Assembly: GCA_026914245.1 (NCBI GenBank) | Contig: CP110439.1 | Location: 6,820,001 to 6,884,000, forward strand | Direction: 5' to 3' | DNA length: 64,000 nucleotides | Origin: Puccinia triticina | Lineage: Eukaryota | Part shown: piece after piece, positions 36,264-49,699 of the stretch | Position numbering within the stretch: the first letter of the stretch is position 1 | Layout: each line of letters starts with the position of its first letter | Notes under the pieces: model-generated | Told to the model about the DNA's origin: nothing | Database searches by the model: none | The model's input: the letters and a program-made list of their open reading frames with translations, nothing else | Position numbers and translations under genes: made by a program

Positions 36264-37478
36264 CTCGCCGGGCTAAGCGCTGCTGCTGTAGCACGATCAG
36301 CTGATGGTTTATCCGACCCTGTGGACATATGGCTCTCGGGCGGGCTGGTTCTGGAAGAGGGCGCGCCAATCAATGGTCTTGAGTGGTGGGTTGAGCAGAA
36401 ACGTTCTGGAAATACTCACCATGGCCTTTTACAAATGGCACTTGATGTATTAAGTTGCCTGGGTGAGCTTGTTTTTTTTATAACTTTTGAAAGAATCAAC
36501 ATGATGCTGATTAATCCCGGTTTCTATATAGCAACAACGGTAGATGTAGAGTGCACCTTCAACTTTGGCCGGGATTACGTGTCCACCAGGAGACACAGCC
36601 TCAGCCCAAAGTCTGTAAGTAGAGGTATGACCTTGTTGTTCTATTCAAAGAACAACAAGATCGGATCTCTGGCCCTCCACAAGTACATGAACAAACATAA
36701 AGATGAGGTCAAAACAAGTGTAAAGGAAAGGGCAGAAGGTTTCAAAAATGTTGTTGACATAGATTAACATAGTAGCTTAGTAATCAAATCAGAATCTGCC
36801 TGCCTTGGGGCGTTTTAAGTGGGGGATACCCGCAAATACCCGCTCGGGTATTGCCGGTATCCGCTCCGCGGGTGCGGATGCGGGTGCGGGTGTCTCATTT
36901 TAGCTAAAAAAGGCTGCGGGTACCCGGGTTCAAAGCAACCAGCTCTAACCTCATCAGCTGCACTCATTACATTGTGCTATGCACATGTCATGCAGTGTCA
37001 TGCAGTGTTATGCACACTTGATGCAGGCTTATGCAGTCTAATGCATTCTTATGCAGGTGTATGCAGACTAGTGTAATAGGGGCTGCAGTTTGACAGTTGA
37101 CAGATGACATCATGCAGGTGTCAAGATAGCAAAAACCCCTCATGCAGCTTGCAGATGACATCAGTTGACAGGCCAGGCCAGCTAAAACATCTCCCCTCCT
37201 ATTTCTCACTAGCTAAATTCCCTCATATGACATCATGACCTCATTGTCAACCACCAGCCAAAATACCTCATTGTAGTCTTCAGGGCAGCTAAAACCCCTC
37301 ATTCTCTTGTTCCCCTGGAGCTAAAATGTCTCACTCTTTTCTATTTAAGGAGGCTCTCCTCCCCCCAGTTGTAATTTCTCTCAGCAAACTACTTGCACTC
37401 AGCTTACCCCATAACAGTACAATACTTGCTCACTCTACAGTATTAGCCCCACTCTATATTGTGGTTTTACCACCTGTG

Positions 37479-37902
37479 TTGATCCAATTCTTTGGCTTTA
37501 AACCAAAGATAAATTCTCTATTATCTTTGGTTTGGAACCAATGGGAGGGCGGAGCTGGATGGAGCTGATTGGAGCTGGCCTGGGTAATAAATTTTCCCAA
37601 ACAGCCCTATGCAGAAAATGTTTCATAGCTTAGTGGTTTGCAGCTCTGCTGCAAACCAGGTAATAGGCAGGTTGCTGGTTCAATTCCCCCTGTCATAGGG
37701 GGCAGGTTTTTGGGGTTAGGGGTTAGGGATAAGGGGGGATATGAAAAAAAAAACTTGGGCAATACTGGTCAGAAGTGTGTGGTAACCTTGTTTTCCGCGG
37801 TTCTGACACAGCTCCTCCCAGCTCCATCCAGCTCCGCCCTCCCATTGGTTCCAAACCAAAGATAATAGCAAATTTATTTTTGGTTTAGAACCGATGGATC
37901 AA
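37479..37902. mobile_element. MITE-like inverted-repeat element
   Basis: ctattatctttggtttggaaccaatgggagggcggagctggatggagctg (from 37518) is perfectly inverted ending at 37868; outer ends approximate. Confidence 0.7.
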
Positions 37903-39224
37903 ATAGCCATGCCTTGGTTTTACACCCTTACATACAAATTACAACCTCATTACAACACTTACACATCAGCTACATCGCCATAACCCTTAAGCTACCTGCT
38001 CAAAGTAGGCTTTCTTTTGATACACCTCCACTATCACTGAATAAACCTTCCAATCGTAGATCAGGGGGCTTTTTTTAGTGTCTAGTGACCCAGGAAAGGC
38101 AGAGGTAACCTCATACATCCCTTTCCGCACTCAGCAAAGGGTTCTCAGGAACACTTTTGAGCTTTAAAACGGAGGGGCTTAACTCTAAGAGCCAAGGGTA
38201 TTTAAGTGCCCTCCGTAAAGATTCAGTGCCTGTGAAGGGGATAGTTATATTTGCCTGATGCAGTGGGGGCCTGGTATACAGGTTTAGTTTTTCTGGGATT
38301 ACCCCGGGATAGATCTTGAGAGGAGATCTGAATTTAACTAAGAGAAACACTAGAACTCACTAGGGAATCCTTGATTCCAAGGTTACTTTTGGCGGAGTTT
38401 CTTGGCGTTGGGTAGCGGGAATTAACTCTTGCTTTTTCTTCAAGAACCAGGCCCCTTGGGGCCGCAAGTTGGGTTGCGGCGGAGCCGCCCACTCATTTGG
38501 AGGAGCAATTATGCGGCAAAGCCGCCCACTCAGTTGGAGCAGTAATCTTGCGGCGAAACCGCGGGGCGGGGTAGAGCTGATGCTTGGCCCTTTGAGGGCT
38601 GGTGCTTGAAGAAGTTTGGGAATGACCTGAAGCTCTGGGTTCAGAAGCCAATGCGCAAAAACAATTCTAAACGGGTAGGAAGGCTTACACTGATGTGCTG
38701 CAGCCTTAGCAGACCCAGGGTATTTTGTGGTGAAAATAAGAGCCATATTTAAGCCAATCAGAAAATCCGCGCGGCTGCTGTATCCCGGTCCTCCCACAGG
38801 AATGGTAACATGGGGCCATTTACGATGAAGTCATGCTTTGACAAACCCCAGGACTCCCAATCTGGGTAGTGACCGCAAGTCCGCTCATCTGCTCACACTG
38901 TGGGCCTGAGTCTCTATAGTGACAGCAGGACACAAGAAATGGGGGACAACAGTTGGATTTCTTGGGATAAAGAAAATACAACTGTAAGAGAAAAAGAGAA
39001 AGAGAGAGAAAGAAACCAAGCAGGATAAGATAGAAGAGAAGTACTAGGTTATTCTAGTGGGAATGCACGTCCACTGGCAATGCTACTCTTCAGAAGAGTG
39101 CTGCTAATCTGTGCTAGAAGTGCTACAGCTTCCTCTCAGGAGGGTATCTGGATTAGATAAGTTTAATCCAGCCACAGTTTTTTAGACTTCTCACTGGACA
39201 GTCAAGGTTCTTAATGGGAAACCT

Positions 39225-39400
39225 GAGGGACAGCCCTGCAACCTAGATTTTGAGGCAAAGGCCAAGTGATTATAAGGGACAGCCCTGTGATCAAGATAGA
39301 GGCAAAGGCCTGTAGAATTGAAGGGACAGCCCTGTGATCAAGATAGAGGCAAAGGCCTGTAGAATTGGAGAGACAGCCCTGTGATCAAGGAGGAGGCAAA
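39225..39400. repeat. Tandem repeat of ~47 bp, 3-4 copies
   Basis: The unit gggacagccctgtgatcaagatagaggcaaaggcctgtagaattg is repeated. Confidence 0.75.
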
Positions 39401-40679
39401 GCAAGAAGAAAAGGCTGATCAAGCAAGACACAGAGTTGTACCTCTGAGATAATCAAGGTTCAGTGAAAGAGGTTACTTACTGTCAATATCCTAGGCGCCT
39501 GTGACGGTAGGTATACTGGGAGTAGAGTAGGCTCTTTGGTGGTGATCCTGGGGTTATCTGGGTGGTGGTTCTGGTGTGCTGGAATATGTAGATCCTCCAG
39601 CTGCATGGGGGATCCTGACTTCGAAAATTTTCAAAGTTGGATGACATAATCACACATGTACATGTGGTTGGGAGCGCTCAGGCGCAACTACACGGCGCTG
39701 CTGCGCATGTGTGTCACAAACCACAAACTCTATGAAGGAGTAGAGATATTGTAAAGTGATCAGTGAACACTAGGGTCAAAATTGCATGAGAAATCAGAAT
39801 CTGAAGTCAAAACAAGGTTAAACCTTAAGCATGAAAAGATATAAGAGATTTGAGGTAGAAATAATGATAAAGGCAGACTTTAGGTCAGCTGCGCTGACTC
39901 TAAGGCTGACACACACTTAGTCACGGGCTGCCGGTTCCACCCTGGCGCTTTTCCACACAGGAAACATACACACCGCCTTACGTGTAATATCATTCCGGAA
40001 GCGTCTGACAACAAGTAGTTTCAACTGTCCCTAGCCAGAGAGCTGGGATGAGCCCATACATAGACACCCGCCCTCAGAGCCAAGCATGATTCTTCACCGG
40101 TGTGCCGGTGCATACAACAGCTTAGCAGATAAAATCCTGCTTGGAAAGCAGGTGCTGGGTAGCTGCTCTCTGGAAAGGTGTCCTCATTTGCAAGAAAATT
40201 GCCAAGGAGGAGGCTGCTCTGGGGAGCGGGTCTTTTCACTGCTTGCTGGGGAGGAATCTTCCTCGGAATCATCCCTGGCAAGCGGATCCACACTTTCCCA
40301 GGAGGATTCCTTCTGTCCAAGTACCTTGCACCTGCTTGCTGAGAAATCTTTCTCAACAAGCAGGTACAAGTAATTGGGGGAATGGAAGAAAATCCATCTT
40401 GCCAAGTACAAAGGTGTACCTGTTTGAAAATCCCCCCCCCCCCCCCCCCAGAAATTGGTTACCATTTTTAACTGCTTGGAGGAATCTTCCTTGGAATCGT
40501 GCACCAGCAGAACACGCCCCAAGTAATATGTACATGTACCTGATTGCCCAAGATGATTCCCAGACCTTGGCAAGCAGGTGACATTTTTATGCCCAAGAGG
40601 AAGCCTTCCAGGCAAGCAGGGGAATCCATCCTTCCCAAGTGTGTAAAAAACTGCTTGCCGAGGTCCTTGTAAAACAGGC

Positions 40680-41113
40680 ACATATATACTATTGAGTTCC
40701 AGAAGAGGGGCATCCCTCACGCCCACATCATTGCAATCATGGAACCAGGTAGTGTTCCTTGGATGCCTGACGACATAGATTCCTTGGTAACAGCCACAAT
40801 ACCTGACCCTGTAGCTAAAACCAAGCTTCACAATCTCATCAATTCCTGCATGCTTCACAGGCCCTGAACACCGGACTCAATGTGTAAGGATGGGGCTTGC
40901 AGCAAGAAATTTCTCAAGTCCTTTGCACCTGCCACAATTGTTGGCAACAACTCCTACCCAACGTACCAGCGCTGCAACAATGGATGCACCATCACCAAAG
41001 CAGGGCATACCTACCACAATGGACATGTAGTCCATTACAGCAAATACCTGTCCCTCAGCTACAACTGCCATATAAATTTCAAGAGTATGGAATCACGGCA
41101 GTCAAGTACTTAA
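40680..41113 (+). pseudogene. Helitron Rep/helicase fragment (HUH Rep domain)
   Basis: YTIEFQKRGIPHAHII...TATIPDP...CMLH.P...CSKKF...YPTY...HINF, the characteristic Helitron Rep motif 2 region; internal stop at 40865. Confidence 0.85.
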
Positions 41114-42882
41114 CAGAAATCAAAGCAGGACAGCCAGTCATTGATAGCTTGCATTGCTCTCAATGACTGTTTTGATGGCGTGTTGCAGCTGTTCTAGGGT
41201 TGTTGTATTATTCAAGTTGGTGATTTTGGAGAGGTGATGAGCTGGGATGAGTTGCTATTGAGTTGCTAGCGGATTGCCAGATGTAGCAACCCAATGTTGA
41301 TTTTTACCTCCAGAGGCAAAATAGAAACTCATTTGCCACCCTGGGTGGGTGGTGTTTTTTGAGTTTTGGTTGGTAAATGCAGGATAGCAAACCGGTTTAC
41401 CTCCACGGGTGGAGATGCTCTCAGCCCAAGGTTGATAGCAACCCGGTTTAGTGCCCACGGTTGAGTTGCTCTAAGTCCCAGTCCAAGCTTATTTCAAAAC
41501 ACAGCAAATATTTAAAAAAACATATGCAATTTTGAACACCATAAATGATTGACTAATTAGCTTTTTGGATGAGTTCTGCAGCCGGGGCCAAGCAAAGTGC
41601 AGAACTCATTGCAATGTCTGCCCATCAACTCCTAGTTAATTTCTGAAGTGAATTTCTGGGGCTTACTTAAACCAGTGGGGATCATGAAGGTACAGAATTA
41701 GAAAACTCAACCCCGTTCCAAAGATAAGGATGCTCAGGTTGCAGCAAATAGCGAATGCGCAAGAGAATTTTCTACTAAATGGCGCCCTTTGAACGGTTGT
41801 TCTAGTACTGGACGTGATACTGCGATGTTGGGCGGTTCTTCCCGGATGACCTTGGGGTACCGTGAAACCGTGATTGATTTGATGATTGGCCTTCTCAAGG
41901 TCGTCATCTTCCTGTTCTTTGATCTCATAGGGCTACACGTGCAAGCAGATCGTTTCGAGCGGAGAACTGTCAGACTACGTATGGCTCGAAGTGGCTCTTG
42001 ACTCCATTGGCAAGACTCACCAGAGTACTAATTGGCGGGGAAAAAGTATCATCTTTTGCGTCTGATCCTGCGTTGATCAGAACTGGACATCCAGGCAGAA
42101 GGGAAGACTCTGCTACTGGCAAACTGATCCCTTCTGCCGGCACGGGGCTCATAGCAGCATATTGTCCGATAAGCTATTGGAGAAGGCGTGTCTGTTAGTT
42201 CATAGGTGACCAGCTGCAAAGCACGGGTGAGATTTAGAAACTGACTAGGAAGATGAGGAGAACGTAGACCATGATGAGTATGTAGCAACCGTAAAGACCA
42301 GGTGGATGAATGGGACTTGCTGTGGCTAGAGGCATGTGGGCCCGGCGGCGCATTTTTTACTCTTGGGTGTTGTGGGATGAAACACTTCTTGAAACCATCC
42401 AGCCCCTCTTATCATTCTGTTCTCTTGCTTGACCTTCTTCCCAATCTTACTTGACCCACTGCCACCAACTGAATACTCGGTACACGTTGGAGGCCCTACT
42501 AAATATTTATGCACATCTCTTGTTGAGCGCCATCCCTCCAAATCTTCTACAACCCGTCTCGAGCTTTTGTGAACACAAGATGGACGTTTGACAAATGTAC
42601 GGTGGACCTGGCCCGACATTGGTTGTGCCACCCAAAACGAAAACAAAAAATGATTTCTGACACTCGGTACACTCAGATGCATACGCGGAGTGCAGGCTGC
42701 CGTAAATAGATACTGCAGTCTGAACCACGTCCACAACCTTCTCGGGTTCAAAGGGCATGCCCCCCGACCCCTTCCGCCCAGAACAAGCCCATGAACTCCG
42801 GGCCAGGCCCGCTGATCAGGACCGCGCACACTCCGCACTGAGTCGGACCAGACCTCGGATTGGCCGCCGGTCCCATAAAAAT

Positions 42883-43418
42883 CTAACTTAACACAAGTCC
42901 CCCCTGGTGGGAGCGCTGTGGCTGGCGGCGAAGCCGCCCCTCCCGCAGGGAGGGACTTGCGCATTATCCCAAATTTTACGCGGGAGCAGAAAGTTCATTT
43001 GGCTGAGAGGTTTTTAAAATTTTTATAGCTCCTCCCCCAGCCTCTCCACCAATATGCCCTATCTGTACCCTATGCTACTTTTCTTTCTCTACAATTTGGT
43101 CTACTCAGATTTTTCCTATCACAATCTTTTGACCTTTTCAAAAGATCAAAAATGCACAAGTCTTCCAAATGAGGCTCCACTTGTTTGGGACTCCAGGAGT
43201 TGTTTTTCTGGCTACAAGATAAATGAGTGGCTCAAATTCCTTGCAAGAACAGAACCTAAAACTCTGTGTATTCAGTTTTTCTATTGGTTGGGATTTTTAG
43301 TGTAGCAGATCCTTTCTGCTCCTGCTTAAATCAAGACATAACTCATAAGCCTCTCCTGCGGAGAGCCCTCCGGGCGGGGTCCCCCGGACCCTCCGCTCGA
43401 GAGGCTTTGTTAAGCTAG
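42883..43418. mobile_element. MITE with 9-bp TSD inserted in the left TIR of the IS3EU-type element
   Basis: CTAACTTAACA...TGTTAAGCTAG; TSD CATAAAAAT (42874-42882, 43419-43427). The right TIR shows the empty site. Confidence 0.85.
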
Positions 43419-44783
43419 CATAAAAATAAATATGTACATAGACCGTGCGGACTACGACAGCATTCCCTCTATGGCCGCGCTACCGTGGCACTGCAGCGAA
43501 GTTGCGCTTCCCCAAGTCATTCACTCACGCCAACACCGTCGAAAAACGCAAACGACCAATCGGCCTATTTATGTCTTTTTGAGTAGTTCTTGGTCTTCCT
43601 CCTTGGGCAACCATGTCCGACAAGAGGTCGAACAACCATGCCTGAGATGATGAACTAGTACACATGTAGACAGGCCCGTTAGACAAGACCTTACCTCGGA
43701 ACACAGCGCCTGAGAAGACAGTCAGCGAACCTACCCATTCCCAAATCAACATTGGTTCATGGACTGACTGCCTTGCCAGAGCATTCAGATTCCCCGAGTG
43801 GTAGTTCTTTTTCTTCTCTGCCGAGTCCAGCCCAAATCTTCCCTGGGCAATGACTGATCCAGGAGAAATACAGTTAAAATCTATATACAAGAATAAGAAT
43901 CCAGGGTGTAAACTGAATTTGTGGGGTGGAGTGATGTTCAGAAGATGAGTTGTTATTGTAATCTACAGGCAAATTTGCTTGAATATATGGGAGCATTTGA
44001 TCAAATATGGGCCAGACAGCTCCTGGTGGAATTTCATCAAAATTGAACTCAAGCTCTTGCATTACCAGAGTTGCTAATTCATGAAACCAGTCAGGTGTGT
44101 GAGTGAACATTGGCTGAATGTCAGGGTAATCATTTTCCAGGATAAAACTGACTGTTTCCTTGGGTACATGGATGATTTGATTAGATGCACCAAAGTGTTC
44201 AGGGGTGGAGTATGAGAAGTTTGGGGAGCAGAATGTTGGAAGCTCAGTAAAATTGTCCTTCCGATTCCTTGAAGCATTGTATATTTTCACCCAGCAGTTG
44301 AAACTTTTTTGAAAAACTGGCATCCAAAGGAACAGGAACAGGAGTCTAATGTGGCATAAGTTAGATTAAACCAAGCAATAATGGGTATTGAATGAAGAAT
44401 TTACCTTTGGATTTTATCTTCCTGTTCATATCTACCAGCCTCCATTTGTGTCAAAATTTTATCAATTAGTGTTTGGTTGTGTTCCTTCATCATCCTTGAC
44501 CATAGGGACTTGATTTTTTGATTGTGGGTGGATTTGGTATAGTGCATATGTGTCTGGGCTTCTTCAAAGGTGATTCCAGCATATCTTTGGGTGAGTTGTA
44601 TCATGTGGGTGGCCATATCGGGTGTTTCTGTTCGACTATCTGTTGTTAATTTGAGAGGAACTCCACCAGCATTTGCTACAAGTTGTAGGAAGTATATGTC
44701 AATATTCTTTGGATCATTGTTGGTAACATGAGCATACATTCCTAGTATCTTCCTGGACCAAGCATCAATGAAGCCATAAACGG

Positions 44784-45645
44784 TGTGGTGATTTACATAG
44801 GCAAGCGTGGTAGAATGTCCACTCGGGGATAGCGCGGGCAGGAATGCACAGAGCGGTTCAGGCAGAGTGCATTCCGGTGACATAAGCACTGAGGATGATG
44901 TCAGGAAAGCGCGCTAAGAAAGCTTACGGAAAGTCACACGCGGACCAGAAATGCACGGATTGCGGATCACGGATTTCGGATTGGGTATTCGGATTGGAGC
45001 GGAAAAGACAGGGCTGGACTGCGGCGGATTACACACATGGAATGATAGCAGCGGCGCGTCAGCGGGTGAGCCACGACAGCCAAAGCGGGTTCCACCAGCG
45101 GGTGGAGGCGGTGACGAGAGACCGACTGGCGGGGGCTAGACAGAGGACGGTGAGAGATCAAGCGTTGGAGAGGAGCGGAGTCTGGGAAAGTGATGTGCGG
45201 AATAGCGGGCGGAGCTGGGGGGACTAGGGCGGGAAAGTGTCAGGCGTGCGGGATTGGGTTAGAACGGCAATGTGCGTGGAGGGAAGGACGGGAAAGGGGG
45301 GGGCTCATGGATTTCTCTTCCTTCCTCATCCTATTATCCTATCATCTTACGCATTACGGAGTATTGTACTTACACACTTACGGACGTACTAGAGTTATTG
45401 GAAGACTATTTGTGACCTTATCTTTCTTACACAAGTATTTCCGGATTCTGTGCCTACGAAGTGCGGAGCTTTATTCACTTGCGGATTATTACGCTATAGA
45501 TCAGGCTCAGAGAGGAGCGCTGAAGGCTAGCGGATAGTAGCAGTGCGGAGCCGAGTTACCGACAATCACACAGCCCGGACACTAATATTCTTGAAGGAAG
45601 CGGTCAGCGGACATTTCCACCGACTAACCAGCTTTCATTCTCACA
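44784..45645. mobile_element. Solo LTR inserted in the DDE transposase
   Basis: TGTGG...TCACA termini; 4-bp TSD ACGG; removal restores GITVYG. Confidence 0.8.
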
Positions 45646-45747
45646 ACGGTGATTCCATATGGCTTCAACTTGTCATGTCCATTGGCTTACCAAATGTGGT
45701 TTGGACCATGTGTTTGGAAAATTTGACATTTGCAAGCATGGCGGAGC

Positions 45748-48700
45748 CAACGGTGAAAAAGATACAATACAATACAGTATTGCCCAATACTTTTGTATCA
45801 TATCTACTTCAGATACATTGTATTTGTAGGAAATGTATTGTATCTGATCCACCAATACAATACATTTGTATTGTATTGGTGGATCAGATACAATGTATCT
45901 GTTTTGAATGTATTGTATCTGAATTCCAATACAATACAGATACAATCCCGCAGGTATCTCTTTTTGCAGGTACTAATTCCACTTAATATCACCTTTTCCA
46001 TGTGTCATGAGTGGAGGAAGTTACATGGCAAGGGGGAGATACAATCAGAGTATTTACGTGTATGAATACTACTTAAAAGAGCTCTTGTTGATTTTAGCAA
46101 TAGGACTACATAGAAAGAGAGAGAGAAATAAAAAAATGGGAGAGGGAACAATCACTCCTTATGATCGGGGATACTTTTTGATTCTTCGTAGGCCTGGGCA
46201 ATGACACACTGTGCAGTCTCAAAGGAGCCATTGGGCTCAACCCCTTGGACCAACCATTGGTGCGAGCTTACACACCGTTCAATTGTTTTCGCCGCTAGAC
46301 TGCCTCGATCATGACCGCAAGTATCCGCTGCCGCCGAGAAAGATCTCTCAACACTCGCCAAGGTGGCTGAACATGCCAGGTAGTCCCTGGCCAGAAGCGC
46401 TAATATTGGGAATTCTTTTGCATGGTCCTTCAAGTGAAAAAAAAAAAACATTAACAACCGGCAATACCAAGCAGGATAAATTCTTGACATACCTTCCACC
46501 ATCCCAAGCACTGAATAGCTTGAGAAGAAGGGAGCTTGTGTTTTCCCTCGAGATAAATGGTTAGCTCGTCTTCCAAAGGTGCCTCGACTTCGGCAGGAAA
46601 GTAATCAATGTCTTCTCGATCGTGGTTTCTTGCTTTGGATTTGTTTCCAATTGGTGCAGCATTTTCTCTTGGTGAGCTCAAAGAAGCAGAAATAAAATTG
46701 GATTTCTTGGCTTCAAAGAGTTCGCGGATTAGATCGAAAGCCGACTCGTAGTAAATTGGAAAGGAGACCTTGAAGATTGACAGACGGAAACTGGGGTTGA
46801 GTATAGTTGCTATGATTACTGCATCGCAGGACATCGCCTCCTTGAGATACGTTTTGGTTTTGGTTAGCATGGCCGCGAGAAAGGTTTTGAATTCCGGTTC
46901 GGTCGAGATGACGAGGGTCTTCTTGAGGAATGTGATGATGTACTGGTACTCGGAGATCATCAAGCAGGCCGAGGAATTATCACCCTCCATCTTCTTGGTG
47001 ATAAAGTAGAACTCCTATGCACAATAGATGAAGAAATGCTTAGTTTTTGGTGCTAATACAATCTAACATTGCCGAGAAAGTGAAGAAGGACCTACACCAA
47101 GAATTTTGTTTAAACGATGGACTAATTCCCATTCGTCTTGACTTATCTGTGTGTTGTTATAGTAGTTCTTCCCCCCCTCCGCTTCCTGTCAATCCTTTTT
47201 GTTTTCAATCAGTTTCTGGATGATTGTTCGAGCTCAATACCCCCGATCACGGCTTTCAAACTTTATATTCCAGCGAATACCATGCCCAGCGATGAGGCTA
47301 GGTCCATTTATCTCGAGCTTTTTTGACCAAGTGTTGAACTCGGAGCGTTTGACTGCTGAGGATGTGATCCTCTGAATAACAAAGTCGACCTTAATACAGG
47401 AATCAGCTTTTATTTTATATTGGTAAAACTCAAATCTGGAAGCGAAGCCATGAATTCACCTTTTTCAAGATTTTATCGACTCGATTCTTTCCTTCTCTAG
47501 GTTCTTCCCAGGAATCTGGATCTTCACTATCCATATCATTGATTACCTCGTCGTTATTGTTCTCAGTTTCCACTTGATTGTTGTTTTCGACTCCTAAGAT
47601 AACATCCTCCACGGTAAACTGAGGAGCATCTTCAATCTCTTCAGACTCTTCAAGGATTGGTGCAAGTCCAGGGACCAAGCCAAGAACTTGACCTTGAGAC
47701 GGGACCAATCCGTTCGATGATAGTTGAATTGCTTTAAGTCCTGCATTAAGGATCAGTGCGATCTTATGACAAAAACACCGGATGTGGTTTTCCGAGAGGT
47801 TGGGATCGATGCCGGTATTTTTGGTCATGAGCCGGTCGACCTCAGCAGCCATAGTAAAATTGTTTGATCCGGAGTCAGTTGTCTGAGCCAGAATGTATTT
47901 AAAAAAGAAGAGTTTGTTAGTTGTATCGAACACAGAGAAATGTAATGATAAAAGAAGAAACAGGACATATCTTTTCTTGAAGGTTTGACTTCTTTAGAAT
48001 GTTTGCGAATGGGATTGCTAAAAGCTTTCCCTTGTGGCTGGAAGCGATGTACTTCATCCCAAGATGTGAGATTTTGAAGATCCAATCATCGGTGATGTAA
48101 GAAACCGATATCCCAAGGAATGCATGATGATTACCTTTAGTGGTCCAGACATCGTGGATCAGGGTGATTTTCGAGCTGAGTTTCTGGAAAATGACAATGA
48201 AGGAAAAAGTCAGAGCGGTTGTTCAAAATCCTTGAGATCATCTGAGGAACACCAACTTGTAAGCTTGTAATCACATGACTCTGTAAGTTTAGATAAAGAC
48301 AATGTGCCTCGGTAGCTGCCCATATGCGAGAATAAATATGGGTACCTTGTCTGACATAATTGAAAGTAACACTAAGCAGGAAGTCGTCAAATCGGCTCCA
48401 GGGTAAAGAAAATCAAATCAACCAGATGACAAGGAGTTGATTCAAGACCTTGTTGTCGAAGGTGGCGTTCTTCAGAGAGTGTTTGACTAGGCCTTGGTTT
48501 CGAGCATCATCCTTGTCTTGAATATCTTTCTTTGACAACGGCAATTTGCACCCCGCCTTGATGGCCTCCGATCGTCCTGAGCAGTGTGCGCGTTGCAAAG
48601 TTCCCTCACGGTGCTTGTATAGGTTTGAGTTGGTACCACAACCCTTCTTGTAAACAACACCGCACCATTTGCACTGGTACATCAATTCCTCTCCCTTCAT

Positions 48701-49699
48701 AAACAAATATTCTATTGTCAGTAACTTTATCTGGCAATTCTCTATGTTTGATATGATCATAGAAACTTACTGTGTCCGTTTCATTAGCATGAAATGGGGC
48801 CTTGAAGTAGTCACGGATTGGGTCGAATGTGTTGATTTTCTTCTTGTTTGATCGCCGAATTTTCGAGTTTTCTTCATCAGAGTCTTGAGTATAATCCATG
48901 ATCCTGTCGGCATTTTCAGAATTGTTATCCGAGTCGTTGGTGATGGGGGTTTTCTTCCGCTTGCGCTGCGACTTCTTCTGGCTGGTTGGAGGAGGTTTGC
49001 GTGTACGGTTTTGGCTGGACGACTGATTGGGTTGGCTCTGGAAAACAGAATCTGCCTCGCTTTCGGTATTGAGACTCTTCCCCTTTTTTCGAGTTCGACT
49101 AGTCTGTGCAATTGATCTTTGCGAGTCGCTAGGCCTAACGTAGTTGGGATGAGAGCTTCGAGCTGGAGTGATGATTTGGGTAGAATGACGGGAGGGTAGC
49201 CGAGAGGGGGTTCTGTGAGGAGCAACAGAGGATTGTGCCATTTCTACAAAGCGGAAAAGAGTTTTCATTATTAAGCTGAGGACGGTAACCGGTAAGAAAA
49301 GCAAGTAAAAAGAAATTGTTAGTGAGTGAAAATCAGACTTACCGAGCTGTCTTCCTATTGATAAAGGTGGTTTGGTCTCATATCGCACAAGATTGAGAGG
49401 CTGGGTGATCCGTTGACTTGGAGTTGAATATATGAGGATATCTAAAATGTTACTGGGTTTTTTGGAAGTCAAGCGCCGATAGACCCCAATATGATCAGCT
49501 TCAAGGTTGTATTGTATTGGGCAGGCCAATACAACCGGCCAAAATACTTATGTATAGTATTGCCTACCCAATACATGGGGCTCCCGATATCATGTATTGT
49601 GTCGGGGGCCCAATAGGATACCGGGACAGAAGATTGGGTGGTATTTCAACCCAATACCGCGCCAATACTGATACATGTCACAGATTGGTTACAGCGTTG
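45748..49699 (-). mobile_element. hAT-like transposon with CAACG termini and 7-bp TSD
   Basis: CAACGGTGAA...TTACAGCGTTG; TSD GCGGAGC (45741-45747, 49700-49706); tgtattg/caatac subterminal repeats. Confidence 0.88.
46152..49241 (-). pseudogene. hAT transposase (BED finger, DDE core, dimerisation domain), multi-exon, with premature stop
   Basis: YQCKWC..GTNSNLYKH, HDVWTTKGN, QTTDSGSNN, RCFCHKIAL, ATILNPSFR, FPILALLARDYLACSAT..SVERSFS; in-frame TGA at 48413-48415. Confidence 0.9.

Noticed and set aside
36956..40010. LTR retrotransposon remnant (shares motifs with the solo LTR at 28793)
   Set aside because: Probably repeat-derived, but ends and TSD could not be defined
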